Part shown: positions 54,667 to 64,000 of the stretch, in pieces
Position numbering within the stretch: the stretch's first letter is position 1
Layout: the number at the start of each line of letters is the position of its first letter
Source of the DNA: Minisyncoccota bacterium
Lineage (GTDB): Bacteria > Patescibacteriota > Minisyncoccia > Minisyncoccales > RBG-13-42-11
NCBI GenBank assembly: GCA_041653495.1
Contig: JBAZFF010000001.1
Location: 4,987 to 68,986 of the forward strand
Reading direction: 5' to 3'
DNA length: 64,000 nt
Program-made: the position numbers and the translations under genes
Notes under the pieces: generated by a model
What the model was told of the DNA's origin: nothing
The model's database searches: none
The model's input: only the letters and a program-made list of their open reading frames with translations

Positions 54667-55231
54667 AGATTTCTTTTATATCTTTACAACTTGATTTTAA
54701 CATCTCCTTGGCCCTCTTTATCCTTACTCCAACCGTAGAAACGGGCACCTGAAGTATTTCCGATATCTCTTTATAGCTGAGCTCTTCCATATAATATAAG
54801 AAGATCGGCTCTCTGTATTTCCAGTCCAGTTCGTTCACGCAGCTTTCAATCTTTTTGGAGAAATCCCTACGGTCCATTTCCTCACCTGCCTCGTTCTTTG
54901 AAATATAATAAGGGAAAAGGATATCCATGTCTATTAAAGGAAGGGGCATCTTCTTTCTCTTTTTCAGGTGGTTCACCAGCTCATTGTGGGCTATCCGGTA
55001 AAGCCAAGTTGAAAATTTCCTTTTCAGGTCAAAACTCTTAATATTGATGAAAACTTTAATAAAGATATCCTGCACGATATCGTTTATATCTTCTCCGTCG
55101 GAAAGGAACTTTCTGGCATATCTCTTAATCTTTTCTTCGTATCTCTCTATTAAGATGCTAAAAAGATCAGTTTCCCCTAATCTGACCAAATTCATAATGT
55201 CTTCGTCCGTTTTAGCAGAATCATCCTTCAT
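54659..55231 (-). CDS. RNA polymerase sigma-70 factor, ECF subfamily
   Basis: KFSTWLYRIAHNELVNHLKK (region 2.2-2.4) and LSYKEISEILQVPVSTVGVRIKRAKE (region 4.2). Confidence 0.8.
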   Translation of the reverse strand: MKDDSAKTDEDIMNLVRLGETDLFSILIERYEEKIKRYARKFLSDGEDINDIVQDIFIKVFINIKSFDLKRKFSTWLYRIAHNELVNHLKKRKKMPLPLIDMDILFPYYISKNEAGEEMDRRDFSKKIESCVNELDWKYREPIFLYYMEELSYKEISEILQVPVSTVGVRIKRAKEMLKSSCKDIKEIYG

Positions 55232-55337
55232 AGTTTTACTACAAAACTCTCTGAAAATTATTTCATTATACTAAAAAGAGGCCGGTTTTAAAACTGCTCC
55301 GAGTAATAAAAAAACAGAAATCCAATTCCTGCGGCTG

Positions 55338-55410
55338 TGCCCCCAGCAGGGCTCGAACCTGCAACTTACTGCTTAAAAGGCAGTTACTCTACCAATTGAG
55401 TTATAGGGGC
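55338..55410 (-). tRNA. tRNA-Lys (anticodon UUU); CCA not encoded
   Basis: Minus strand reads GCCCCTA-TAACTCAATTGGTAGAGTA-ACTGC-CTTTTAA-GCAGT-AAGTT-GCAGGTTCGAGCCCTGC-TGGGGGC-A. Cloverleaf with a 7-bp acceptor stem (one G-U pair), TTCGAGC T-loop, and anticodon loop CT-TTT-AA. Confidence 0.85.
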
Positions 55411-55425
55411 AAAACGATGCTTCTA

Positions 55426-56487
55426 TTATATACCCTCTTGCCCCAATTCTTCAAGTAGTTCTTTCTGCTTTTTAGTCAGCTTCTTTGGAACCCTCACCTT
55501 CAGCTCGACGTATACATTTCCCCGGCCGTAGCCCGAGAACCTGGGAATGCCCCTCCCGGAAATCCTCAAAACTTTCCCGGATTCCGTCCCGCTGGGCACT
55601 TTGAGCAGAATGGAAGCTCCGTCTAGCATTCGGACTTCAATCTCCCCGCCCAATGCGGCCGCGGCGAAAGATATTTCAGACTTGGCGTACAAGTCGTCGC
55701 CTTTCCTCTTAAAATTAGTATCGGGCCTTACAAAAATCCTAACATATAAATCCCCGGCTCTCTTTCCCCTTCTGCCAGCTTCTCCTTTTCCTTCCACTTT
55801 TATAACTTGATTTGTATCAACGCCAGCGGGGATGAATATCCTTACGGTTTCATTCTCTTTTATCCTGCCTTCACCCCTACAGACGTTGCAGAACCTTTCA
55901 GGAACGTTTCCTTCCCCTTTGCATTCAGGGCAGACTCCCACCCTGGTAAACGAGCCGAGGGGAGTTCTTCTTATCTCCTGGACCTGCCCCGTGCCCCGGC
56001 AGGAAAAACATTCCTTTACTCTGCTTCCGGGTTCCGCCCCCGTTCCTTTGCATCTCTGGCAGGCAACGAGCTTGTCAATATTTATCTCTTTTTCCCCTCC
56101 GAGCAGGACTTCCCTCAGATCCATTTCCAATTCCACTTCCAAATCACGCCCTTTTGCTTCCCCTTTCCTCTGCCTCTGGCCGAATCCGAAGATCTGGTCC
56201 ATCATGTCCCCCAAATCAAAATCAAACTCCTGGCCGCCGAATCCCTGTCCGAAATTGAAATCAAATCCCCCCTGGCCGGATCCATCAAAAGTCTGCCCGA
56301 ATTGGTCGTATTGGGATCTTTTATCCTTATTTGAAAGGATTTGGTAAGCTTCGTTTATCTCTTTGAATTTTTTCTCATCGCCCCCTTTGTCAGGATGATA
56401 CTTATGGGCCAGCTTCCTGTAGGCCTGTTTGATATCATCCTGTGAAGCATCCTTGGATATTCCAAGGACTTCGTAGTAATCTTTCAT
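55426..56487 (-). CDS. dnaJ: Chaperone DnaJ
   Basis: J-domain HPD (YHPDKG), G/F-rich linker, and four CxxCxGxG zinc-finger repeats. Confidence 0.9.
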   Translation of the reverse strand: MKDYYEVLGISKDASQDDIKQAYRKLAHKYHPDKGGDEKKFKEINEAYQILSNKDKRSQYDQFGQTFDGSGQGGFDFNFGQGFGGQEFDFDLGDMMDQIFGFGQRQRKGEAKGRDLEVELEMDLREVLLGGEKEINIDKLVACQRCKGTGAEPGSRVKECFSCRGTGQVQEIRRTPLGSFTRVGVCPECKGEGNVPERFCNVCRGEGRIKENETVRIFIPAGVDTNQVIKVEGKGEAGRRGKRAGDLYVRIFVRPDTNFKRKGDDLYAKSEISFAAAALGGEIEVRMLDGASILLKVPSGTESGKVLRISGRGIPRFSGYGRGNVYVELKVRVPKKLTKKQKELLEELGQEGI

Positions 56488-56492
56488 TTATA

Positions 56493-58355
56493 TTATTTCT
56501 TTTCTTTGAACTCTCCTTCCTCGGGATTCTGCTGGTTAGGATTTTGCTGCTGCGTGTTCTTGTACATCTCGGCCCCGATTTTCTGGATGGCCTGGGAAAG
56601 ATCCCCAGTCTTTTGTTTTATCTCTTCCAGATTGTCGCCGTCTTTCACTTTCTTCAGATCTTCCAGCTTTCCTTCTATATCTTTCTTGTTGTCGCCGGAA
56701 ACCTTGTCCCCCATTTCCTTCAAGGTCTTCTCAGTCTGGTAAACCAAATTGTCCGCTATGTTTTTTGCCTCAATAGTTTCCTGCTTCTTCTTGTCTTCTG
56801 CCGCATGCGCCTCTGCCTCTTTCTTCATCCTTTCCACTTCCTCCTTTGACATACCGGTAGACCCCTCAATTCTTATGGACTGGGTCTTCCCCGAGGCCTT
56901 GTCTTTTGCGGTAACGTTCAATATCCCGTTGGCATCTATGTCAAAGGATACTTCAATTTGGGGAATACCCCTGGGAGCAGGCGGAATCCCGTCCAGCATG
57001 AACCTACCCAAAGACTTGTTGTCCTGGGCTATAGGCCTTTCTCCCTGCAGAACGTGTATCTCCACGGAAGGCTGGTTGTCTGCAGCCGTTGAGAATATTT
57101 GGGATTTCGCGGTGGGAACTGTGGTGTTCTTTTGGATCAAAACCGTGCTGACTCCCCCCATGGTTTCAATTCCCAAAGACAAAGGAGTGACATCCAAGAG
57201 TAATACGTCCTTCACGTCCCCCTGCATGATACCCCCCTGGATTGCAGCTCCCAAGGCCACGACCTCGTCCGGGTTTATGGACTTGTTCCCTTCTTTCCCG
57301 AAAAGCTTCTTGATCTCTTCCTGGATTAAAGGCATCCTTGTCTGGCCTCCGACCAGCACGACTTCTTCTATATCTTTAGTCTCTAAATGGGCTTCCTTGA
57401 GAGTGGATTTGACCAGGTCAATTGACTTTAAAACAAAATCCCTGACCAATTCTTCCAATTTAGCCCTGGTCAGCTTGTAATAGAGATGCTTCGGCCCGGA
57501 AGCGTCGGAAGTTATGAAAGGAAGATTGATCTCTGACTCCACGGCGGAAGACAGCTCTACTTTTGATTTTTCAGCAGCTTCCTTTAGCCTCTGGAGGGCC
57601 AGCTGGTCTTTGGACAGATCTATCCCTTGGTCCTTCCTAAAGTAATCCACAAGCCAATCCATTATTTTCTGGTCAAAATCGTCTCCCCCTAAGTGGGTGT
57701 CTCCACCCGTAGCTTTTACTTCCACCGTATCGGAAGAAACATCCAAAACGGAGATATCGAAAGTCCCTCCTCCAAAATCATAAACCACTATCTGCTGCCC
57801 CTTTTTCTTGTCCAAGCCGTAAGCCAAAGCTGCGGCCGTAGGCTCGTTAATAACTCTCTTTACGTTAAACCCTGCTATTTCTCCCGCAATCTTCGTGGCC
57901 TTCCTCTGCGAATCGTCAAAATAAGCGGGGCAGGTTATTATGGCTTCCGTGATGGTCTCTCCCAATTTGGCTTCGGCATCCGCTTTCAGTTTCTGCAAAA
58001 CCATTGCCGAAACCTCTACGGGCTTCAGCCATTTTTCTCCGAGTTTAAGTTCTACGCCGCCGTCTGATCCTTCCCTTATCTCATAAGGCATCAGCTTCTT
58101 GTCCCTCTGCACTTCGGCATCAGAAAATCTCCTGCCGATCAGCCTCTTGGCGGAGAAGATTGTGTTCTGGGGATTGGTAATCTGCTGCCTCTTGGCCAGC
58201 ACTCCGACCAGCCTTTCTCCCTGCTTTGTGACAGCAACGACCGAAGGAGTAGTCCTGTTCCCCTCCTTATTCTCTATGATTTTGGGTTCTCCCCCTTCCA
58301 CCACTGCCATGGCTGAATAAGTCGTACCTAAGTCTATTCCTAATATTTTACTCAT
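56493..58355 (-). CDS. dnaK: Chaperone DnaK (Hsp70)
   Basis: [28 protein letters not shown]. Confidence 0.95.
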   Translation of the reverse strand: MSKILGIDLGTTYSAMAVVEGGEPKIIENKEGNRTTPSVVAVTKQGERLVGVLAKRQQITNPQNTIFSAKRLIGRRFSDAEVQRDKKLMPYEIREGSDGGVELKLGEKWLKPVEVSAMVLQKLKADAEAKLGETITEAIITCPAYFDDSQRKATKIAGEIAGFNVKRVINEPTAAALAYGLDKKKGQQIVVYDFGGGTFDISVLDVSSDTVEVKATGGDTHLGGDDFDQKIMDWLVDYFRKDQGIDLSKDQLALQRLKEAAEKSKVELSSAVESEINLPFITSDASGPKHLYYKLTRAKLEELVRDFVLKSIDLVKSTLKEAHLETKDIEEVVLVGGQTRMPLIQEEIKKLFGKEGNKSINPDEVVALGAAIQGGIMQGDVKDVLLLDVTPLSLGIETMGGVSTVLIQKNTTVPTAKSQIFSTAADNQPSVEIHVLQGERPIAQDNKSLGRFMLDGIPPAPRGIPQIEVSFDIDANGILNVTAKDKASGKTQSIRIEGSTGMSKEEVERMKKEAEAHAAEDKKKQETIEAKNIADNLVYQTEKTLKEMGDKVSGDNKKDIEGKLEDLKKVKDGDNLEEIKQKTGDLSQAIQKIGAEMYKNTQQQNPNQQNPEEGEFKEKK

Positions 58356-58425
58356 ATTTTTGTTTTTTTATTTAATTAATTGACAATTTGTTAATATATG
58401 TTATTCTATTGACAGGAGGTGTGAC

Positions 58426-58707
58426 ATGGAAAATACAGTAGTTTTTGGAATCCTTGTCTCTGTGCTTATCACCTTTATGCTGTTCCTTATAAACCAATTT
58501 TTGGCGGAAAGCGGAAGGTTAAAAGAAATCATTCTTTACATTATCTGCTTTCTGCTCCTGTTTGTTGTCTTCCTTTTCGGCATTTCTCTTGGCGAAGACC
58601 CGGAGATGCAAATTCATCTTTATGCGTTTATTGCGATGGTTTCTATCATGGTAGTGTCCCTCGCAGTTTCCGGGGCAGACATAGGGAACAAGGAATACAA
58701 CTCTTGA
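58426..58707 (+). CDS. Small hypothetical membrane protein
   Basis: GGAGG RBS 7 nt upstream and three predicted TM helices. Opposite-strand gene between dnaK and grpE. Confidence 0.4.
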   Translation: MENTVVFGILVSVLITFMLFLINQFLAESGRLKEIILYIICFLLLFVVFLFGISLGEDPEMQIHLYAFIAMVSIMVVSLAVSGADIGNKEYNS

Positions 58708-58745
58708 CTCCTTTCCCCCTTTTTTTTAACCACTAAAGGGGGATT

Positions 58746-59207
58746 TTATTTTGAAACTTTTGCTTTTGAAGGCCTTACCACTTTTCCGGCCATCAAATAC
58801 CCTTTTTGCAATTCTTCTATTATAATTCCTGGCTCCTTGTCCGACTCCACGAGCTCTACGGCTTCGTGAAGGCTCGGGTCGAATTTCTCTCCCAAGGCCT
58901 TTATCTCTTCCACCGAACTGTTCTTCAACAATTCTCTAATTCTCCGTTTTATCTGTAAAATTCCTTTAATCTTTTCGTCCTCTTTCTCCTGGTCCGTCAA
59001 ATGCTTCTCCGCCAGATCGAAGTCGTCCACTATGGAAAGAAATTTTAATATCATCTCTTCCTCGGCGAACTTTATTATTTCCTGCATCCTTTCCAGCTCT
59101 TCCCTCTTGTGGTTTATAAAATCCGCTTTTGCTCTCTGCCAGCCAGCAAGGTACTCGTCCCGCTCTTTCTGGCACTCTTGCAGCTCTTTTTTTAATTCTT
59201 CACTCAT
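58746..59207 (-). CDS. grpE: Nucleotide exchange factor GrpE
   Basis: Coiled-coil N-terminus plus the GrpE beta-domain (…GYLMAGKVVRPSKAKV). Confidence 0.85.
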   Translation of the reverse strand: MSEELKKELQECQKERDEYLAGWQRAKADFINHKREELERMQEIIKFAEEEMILKFLSIVDDFDLAEKHLTDQEKEDEKIKGILQIKRRIRELLKNSSVEEIKALGEKFDPSLHEAVELVESDKEPGIIIEELQKGYLMAGKVVRPSKAKVSK

Positions 59208-59911
59208 AAGCTTTTTAATATTTCTTTTAAATTATTAATTGAATCAATGCTTTTTTCGTACGCCATTCTTTTGGGCCCCACAATTCCCAGGTACCCCTTT
59301 TCCTTCTTCGGAAAACTGCACTGGGAAATGATGATGCTGAAATCCTTCACCTTATTAAACGGATTCTCCTTCCCTATGAATACTTTCAAGTCGGGGCCAA
59401 GCTCAAAATCCTGGATGTCTTTTTCAAAATCTTCAAGGAAATCAGTGAAGGTTTCCAGCAAATCCGCTTCCTTGAATTCGGGCTCTTTGAAAACGCGGCT
59501 CCAGCCGTCTTTCCAAAAGACATTGTCGTTGAAGGTAAAGGCCAAAGCAGAAGAAGAATCGGCGAGATCTCTGGTAATAGACTGTAAAAGCTTTATCTCG
59601 TCCTCCGCCAGCAAGCTCTCTTTCTCTGACAATTCTTTAACGCTTGGCTTCTCTTTAATCTTTTTTTCTTGAAGAAGATTGTTCACGTAAAACCTGTATC
59701 CCTTGTCAGAGGGAACTCTTCCGGAAGAGGTATGGGGCTGGGAAAGATATCCTGCTTCAGTAAGCTTGTACATCTCGCTTCTTATCGTAGCCGGGGAGAA
59801 ACCGAAACTGTACTTCCCCTCCAGGGTTTGGGAACTGACGGGCTGGGCGGAAGAAATATATTCCTCAACCAGCTTGTCTAGAATAAGTTTTTGCCTCTCG
59901 GTTATTTGCAT
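59204..59911 (-). CDS. hrcA: Heat-inducible transcription repressor HrcA
   Basis: MQITERQKLILDKLVEEYISSAQPVSSQTL wHTH; 4-nt overlap with grpE. Confidence 0.8.
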   Translation of the reverse strand: MQITERQKLILDKLVEEYISSAQPVSSQTLEGKYSFGFSPATIRSEMYKLTEAGYLSQPHTSSGRVPSDKGYRFYVNNLLQEKKIKEKPSVKELSEKESLLAEDEIKLLQSITRDLADSSSALAFTFNDNVFWKDGWSRVFKEPEFKEADLLETFTDFLEDFEKDIQDFELGPDLKVFIGKENPFNKVKDFSIIISQCSFPKKEKGYLGIVGPKRMAYEKSIDSINNLKEILKSL

Positions 59912-59930
59912 ATATTCCATAATAGCTGAT

Positions 59931-59957
59931 TTGGCAGTCTAATGTCAAGAGTGCCAA
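59931..59957 (-). promoter_or_regulatory. CIRCE-like operator TTGGCACTC-N9-GACTGCCAA overlapping a TTGACA -35 hexamer upstream of hrcA
   Basis: Compared with the consensus TTAGCACTC-N9-GAGTGCTAA there is 1 mismatch on the left and 2 on the right, with an exact 9-nt spacer containing TTGACA. A TATTAT -10 lies 18 nt downstream. Confidence 0.55.
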
Positions 59958-60320
59958 ACACAAAAAGGCGGAATGATTCCCTTTGTAAAGGAATATCCCG
60001 CCCTAGGTTATAGGCCCGCTGTTTTCAAGCCCATACCCTTTCTGTTTCCGAATCCATGGGTCAGAAACGGAAACCTGGAATTAAAGAATACTGTGCCCTG
60101 GTCTTTTTCAATGAACTAAAAAATCTGGCTTGCTGGCCAGATTGTTCTTTTGAATGTTTTTTAATTAAATCAATCTAACCAGACATCGTAAGCCACGACG
60201 TTCAACAATAATACTGTAACGGTTAGATTCTTCCTGTTCATATGCTGATTAATTTAAAATAACAGATAGGAAAAGCTTGTCAATACGACTGCCACTGCTA
60301 CAATGTAATAATACTCAAAC

Positions 60321-62072
60321 ATGTCCAACAAGCTAACTTATCTCTTTGCGGGATTATTAATAATAACGATGTTCGCCGGAGCTTTCTTCAGTATGACGGA
60401 AGACTCCCTGACCTACGACGAACTGGCGCACATACCTGCCGGATACTCTTATTTGACCCAGCAGGATTACAGGGTCAACCCCGAGCATCCTCCCCTGCTG
60501 AAAGGAATTGCCGCCCTGCCGCTTCTTTTTTTAAACCTAAATTTCCCTTTGGAAGACCAGACCTGGATCCAAGATTCGGCCCCGGCCTGGTGGGTCCAGT
60601 TTGATTTGGGGACTAAGTTCCTGTACGGATCAGGAAACAGCCCGACAGAAATAATCTTTTGGTCAAGAATCCCCATGATACTGCTGACGCTTCTTTTGGG
60701 CCTCTTTGTTTTTAAATGGGCAAGGAAGCTGGCCGGAAACGAAGCGGCTCTTGCGGTCCTAGCCATTTTCTGTTTTTCTCCGACCATTCTTGCGAACGGC
60801 AGGCTGGTGACGACCGATGTCGGAGCTGCTTTCGGGGCAGTCCTGGCTACCTATTTCTGGCTGAAATTCCTTCCCAGTCCCAAAGCCAAAAACATCATCC
60901 TGGCAGCCCTGGGCTTTGGAATAGCCCTGCTTTGCAAGTTCTCTTTAGTGTTGCTTGTTCCCTTTTTCGCAATAATAACGATAGTCTATGCTCTTTTATT
61001 CTCAAATAACCAAAAAATGAAGAATCTACTTTCTTACGCGCTAAAGGCGATATTGATAGGAGTGCTTGCCATGGTATTCGTCGTAGGGCCGATCTACCAG
61101 CTCGTCCTCCAGAATTATCCGCCCGAACAGCAGAAAAGAGATACTGTCTCGGATCTGGGACAAGGCGGCATGCAAATATTAAAAAACGCAGACATTTGGA
61201 TGGCCGATAAGCCTCTTTTGAGGCCTTTCTCCCAATTCTTCAGGGGGATATTAATGGCCGGGCAAAGGACAATTTTCGGAAACACTGTCTATTTCCTCGG
61301 AGAAGTTTCCACGTCCGCCTGGTGGTACTATTTCCCGACAATATTTTTATTGAAAGAGTCTCTGCCCTTCTTATTGATTTGCCTGACAGCGTTAATCGGA
61401 TCAATACTCTTAATGAGGCGCGGATTCTCGCTGAAACAATGGGTTAAGAACAATTTCACCTTATTTTCCTTCATTGTCTTTATAGCCATTTACTGGCTCG
61501 CTGCTGTTCTGGGAAACCTGAATATAGGCATCAGGCACCTCCTGCCCACCTTCCCGTTTATTTTTATCCTGGCGGTTTTAGGGCTGAAAACAATAATAGA
61601 CAGGAGCCGGGGAAAAATAAGAAAAATACTCTTATCCCTTTCTGCAATTCTCTTCCTTTGGCACATCGGATCCTCCGTTTCCGCCTTCCCCCACTATATC
61701 TCTTACTATAATGAATTAGTCGGGTCCGACACGGGATACAAATATGCCGTAGACTCTAACTACGATTGGGGCCAGGATTTCTACAGGCTCCTGGTTTTTG
61801 TCGAGAAAAACAACATAGAGAAAATAAACTTAGACTATTTCGGCGGAGAAAACCCCGAATACTGGCTGAAAGACAAATATGTCCGCCTTAAACCGAAGGA
61901 AATAACGGAGCCGCCCAAGGGATGGGTGGCGGTGTCGGTGAACGAGCTCCAGAGAGGAATAGCCGATCCTGTTCCCGGCTTTAACCAGGAAACCGGATAT
62001 TACAATTGGCTGAAAGACAAGGAACCTGTCGCTAAAATGGGATATTCCATATTTGTCTACTATATAGACTAA
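60321..62072 (+). CDS. Glycosyltransferase family 39 / ArnT-PMT-like polyprenyl-phosphate-dependent glycosyltransferase
   Basis: N-terminal SLTYDELAHIPAGYSYL…NPEHPPLLK motif and more than 10 TM segments. Confidence 0.7.
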   Translation: MSNKLTYLFAGLLIITMFAGAFFSMTEDSLTYDELAHIPAGYSYLTQQDYRVNPEHPPLLKGIAALPLLFLNLNFPLEDQTWIQDSAPAWWVQFDLGTKFLYGSGNSPTEIIFWSRIPMILLTLLLGLFVFKWARKLAGNEAALAVLAIFCFSPTILANGRLVTTDVGAAFGAVLATYFWLKFLPSPKAKNIILAALGFGIALLCKFSLVLLVPFFAIITIVYALLFSNNQKMKNLLSYALKAILIGVLAMVFVVGPIYQLVLQNYPPEQQKRDTVSDLGQGGMQILKNADIWMADKPLLRPFSQFFRGILMAGQRTIFGNTVYFLGEVSTSAWWYYFPTIFLLKESLPFLLICLTALIGSILLMRRGFSLKQWVKNNFTLFSFIVFIAIYWLAAVLGNLNIGIRHLLPTFPFIFILAVLGLKTIIDRSRGKIRKILLSLSAILFLWHIGSSVSAFPHYISYYNELVGSDTGYKYAVDSNYDWGQDFYRLLVFVEKNNIEKINLDYFGGENPEYWLKDKYVRLKPKEITEPPKGWVAVSVNELQRGIADPVPGFNQETGYYNWLKDKEPVAKMGYSIFVYYID

Positions 62073-62887
62073 TCTTTATATTTCGGAAATACTCGGTTGG
62101 AGAATCTGACTTCTATATATTCCAAATCCCCTCTCCTCTCCGCCGTAACAACTTCCTCCAGCACCGCATTCAGCTTGGCAATCTGCCAGTCTGAGTCTTT
62201 TTGAAGCGTGAAATATATCTCCCACCCCTCGGCCGTTTTTATTATCAGCTTGTCTTCCGAAAACAGCAGGAAATTATCCACCTCAATGCCTAAAGACCCG
62301 AGGCTCTTTTCAATATATAATATCTTCTCTAAATCGTCTTCGGAAACAACGGCTTCCTTAGATTCCAAGAAATAATCTGGCTTTACTAAGACAGGCAAAT
62401 CTCCGCCCGGCAGGTACGTATCGAATATTTCCCCGAGGGAGTCTAAGAGGAGAAATCCTTCCTCGGTGCTTAAAAGGGCCACTCCTTCTTTTCTGGCCAA
62501 TTCAATCTTTATCTTATCCGGCCATTTCTTCCTCACTTTTACCGATTCTAACTCAGGATATTTCTCCGCAATCCCTTTTTCCAGGCTTCCCGAATCAAAA
62601 AAGAACATGCTTTTCGTGTCCCAGAAAAGAAACTTTTTGCTCAAGACATTCTCGGCTAAAACCTTGACGTCTGCCATAATCTCGGGGGAAACAGCAAAAA
62701 TGCCAGGAGCCTCTTCCACGCTTTCCCTTTCCACTATTATTTCTTCCACCTGCAAAAAGGGGGAAAGGCATAAGAGGTAGATGAAACCTATTAGAACGAT
62801 AAAGCCGGCCAGGCTGAATAAAAAAAACTTGCTCTTTAAAACGCTTTCCCTTTTTTTATACCTGTGGGGCTTTCTGTAATAGTTCAT
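62069..62887 (-). CDS. ftsQ: FtsQ/DivIB-like cell-division protein (POTRA)
   Basis: Single N-terminal TM followed by a POTRA-like region; sits among cell-wall genes. Confidence 0.45.
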   Translation of the reverse strand: MNYYRKPHRYKKRESVLKSKFFLFSLAGFIVLIGFIYLLCLSPFLQVEEIIVERESVEEAPGIFAVSPEIMADVKVLAENVLSKKFLFWDTKSMFFFDSGSLEKGIAEKYPELESVKVRKKWPDKIKIELARKEGVALLSTEEGFLLLDSLGEIFDTYLPGGDLPVLVKPDYFLESKEAVVSEDDLEKILYIEKSLGSLGIEVDNFLLFSEDKLIIKTAEGWEIYFTLQKDSDWQIAKLNAVLEEVVTAERRGDLEYIEVRFSNRVFPKYKD

Positions 62888-62888
62888 A

Positions 62889-63917
62889 TTACAATCCTCT
62901 CTTCATTTTTCTTAAGTTCTCAAAAATGTTTATGAAAAAATATTTCCAAGACAGAGGATAATCGTAGGTCTTTAAATATTCATACCCCCTTCCGCCAAAG
63001 CCCATTTTAAAGAGAGTCGGCCCCGCCCAAGGATGCTTGGGATTATTTTTTGGATCCACATACCCCCAGAAATCATACGTGCCGCATCCCCTTTTTTTGG
63101 CCTCTTTTATCGCTTCCCACTGCAGGAGATAAGGTATGGAAAGCTTTGAATATTTTGAATCGGAAGCTGCTTGGTGGTAATAAGCGCTGCCTGACCAGAA
63201 AATAACTAGGGAGGTTGCGGCGATTTTTCCCTTGTATTTTCCGAAGAAAAGAAGAGCATTGCCGTTTTCAGAAAAAACCTTGAACTCTTTTTTGACGAAA
63301 TCCAGGGGAAAGGACACGAAATTATGCCTTTTGGCGACAGTTTTGTTCAACTCCTGATAGAGGCCGATATCTTCCACCCTGTCGCTCTTTTCTATTGAAA
63401 TATCGCTGTTTTTTGAGGTTTGGCGGATAAGATATCTGGTAGTTTTCCTCATTCCGTTCATTATCTCTTCCTCGGAGGGAGCAATATCAAGTTTCCAGGT
63501 GGATTCATAAGAATTGGCGTGCATCGGGGATTTCCTGAATCCGAGATCTTCCATTATCTTTTCGTTCTCCTTGCTCCTCCCCCATAAAGGATTGATCCTT
63601 ACAAAGTCCGCCTTTTCCGACTTTCCGATTCTCTTTAACTCTGAGAGAATCAACCCGAGGATTTCCTTTTTAGAGAAAGATGGCAGAACGGCGGGGCCGT
63701 GCTGTCCCAAAAGGAAGGTTCCTCTTTTTGCCTTTATTTTGGAAACAAGGAACAAAGAAACAATCCTTTCTTTATCAAAAAGGCCCAGCCTCCATACTTT
63801 ATTCCCCATCTCCATATTAAACTCTCCCCAATCAAAGGACTGCAGGAAAGTTTTTTCTTTCTGCTCTGTGAAAAACCCATCCCATATTTCTTTATCCTCA
63901 ATTTCCCTTATTTCCAT
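62889..63917 (-). CDS. FemAB-family peptidoglycan interpeptide-bridge peptidyltransferase
   Basis: FemABX-like pattern (FLQSFDWGEF…, WSGSAYYHQAASD, paired GNAT-like halves). Confidence 0.65.
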   Translation of the reverse strand: MEIREIEDKEIWDGFFTEQKEKTFLQSFDWGEFNMEMGNKVWRLGLFDKERIVSLFLVSKIKAKRGTFLLGQHGPAVLPSFSKKEILGLILSELKRIGKSEKADFVRINPLWGRSKENEKIMEDLGFRKSPMHANSYESTWKLDIAPSEEEIMNGMRKTTRYLIRQTSKNSDISIEKSDRVEDIGLYQELNKTVAKRHNFVSFPLDFVKKEFKVFSENGNALLFFGKYKGKIAATSLVIFWSGSAYYHQAASDSKYSKLSIPYLLQWEAIKEAKKRGCGTYDFWGYVDPKNNPKHPWAGPTLFKMGFGGRGYEYLKTYDYPLSWKYFFINIFENLRKMKRGL

Positions 63918-64000
63918 AAGATTTTAACAAACCGACGATCTTTTCAGCGTCCTCTTTGGTGATATTGATGTGGGTCGGAAGATTGAAAGTTGTCTGGGCA
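63899..64000 (-). CDS. 3' end of an upstream gene (5' part lies outside the window); function unknown
   Basis: The open frame …AQTTFNLPTHINITKEDAEKIVGLLKSYGNKGN* overlaps the FemAB start by 19 nt. Confidence 0.35.

Overview
AT-rich bacterial chromosome segment with many small proteins and several archaeal-type or fusion enzymes, which suggests (inference only) a Patescibacteria/CPR-like or similarly reduced genome. Main landmarks: (1) A 5'-truncated Xer-family tyrosine recombinase sits at the left edge (2..943). Directly after its terminator is a 14-nt half-site, TATATGTCGCACAA (985-998). The same 14-mer recurs 13.3 kb away at 14277-14290 as the left arm of a 34-bp palindromic core, arm-GGTAGA-arm (14277-14310). 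(2) The 13.3-kb interval between those two 14-mers carries a dGTPase-like HD gene, a tight minus-strand operon of seven genes encoding rarA, SET, MazG, CYTH, HD, NUDIX and CYTH, and a mod-res Type III R-M operon. The last gene of that R-M operon is an unusual 991-aa fusion of a PHP phosphoesterase domain with a Rad50/SbcC-like coiled-coil ABC ATPase. (3) From 14.3 to 23.5 kb, nine same-orientation copies of a ~20-nt motif, GGTAGATTGTGAGACAAATA, each followed by a variable hairpin and T-tract, delimit small modules of 1-3 genes with heterogeneous GC. Their cargo is typical of mobile cassettes: Fic, AbiEi/AbiEii, a frameshifted doc with an HTH gene, a DD-carboxypeptidase, a tautomerase-like protein, a PurM-like protein and orphans. 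I read this as an integron-like or dif-module (IMEX)-like cassette array served by the adjacent Xer recombinase; an alternative reading is a lineage-specific terminator/promoter-associated repeat. (4) The rest is housekeeping: obg, NUDIX, PP2C, a DEAD-box helicase, typA, cspA, two ECF sigma/anti-sigma modules, tgt, uppS, rpmA, pyrG, rplI, ctp, a MacAB-like efflux system, tRNA-Lys(UUU), hrcA-grpE-dnaK-dnaJ with a CIRCE element, a GT39 glycosyltransferase, FtsQ-like and FemAB. No rRNA or CRISPR was found.
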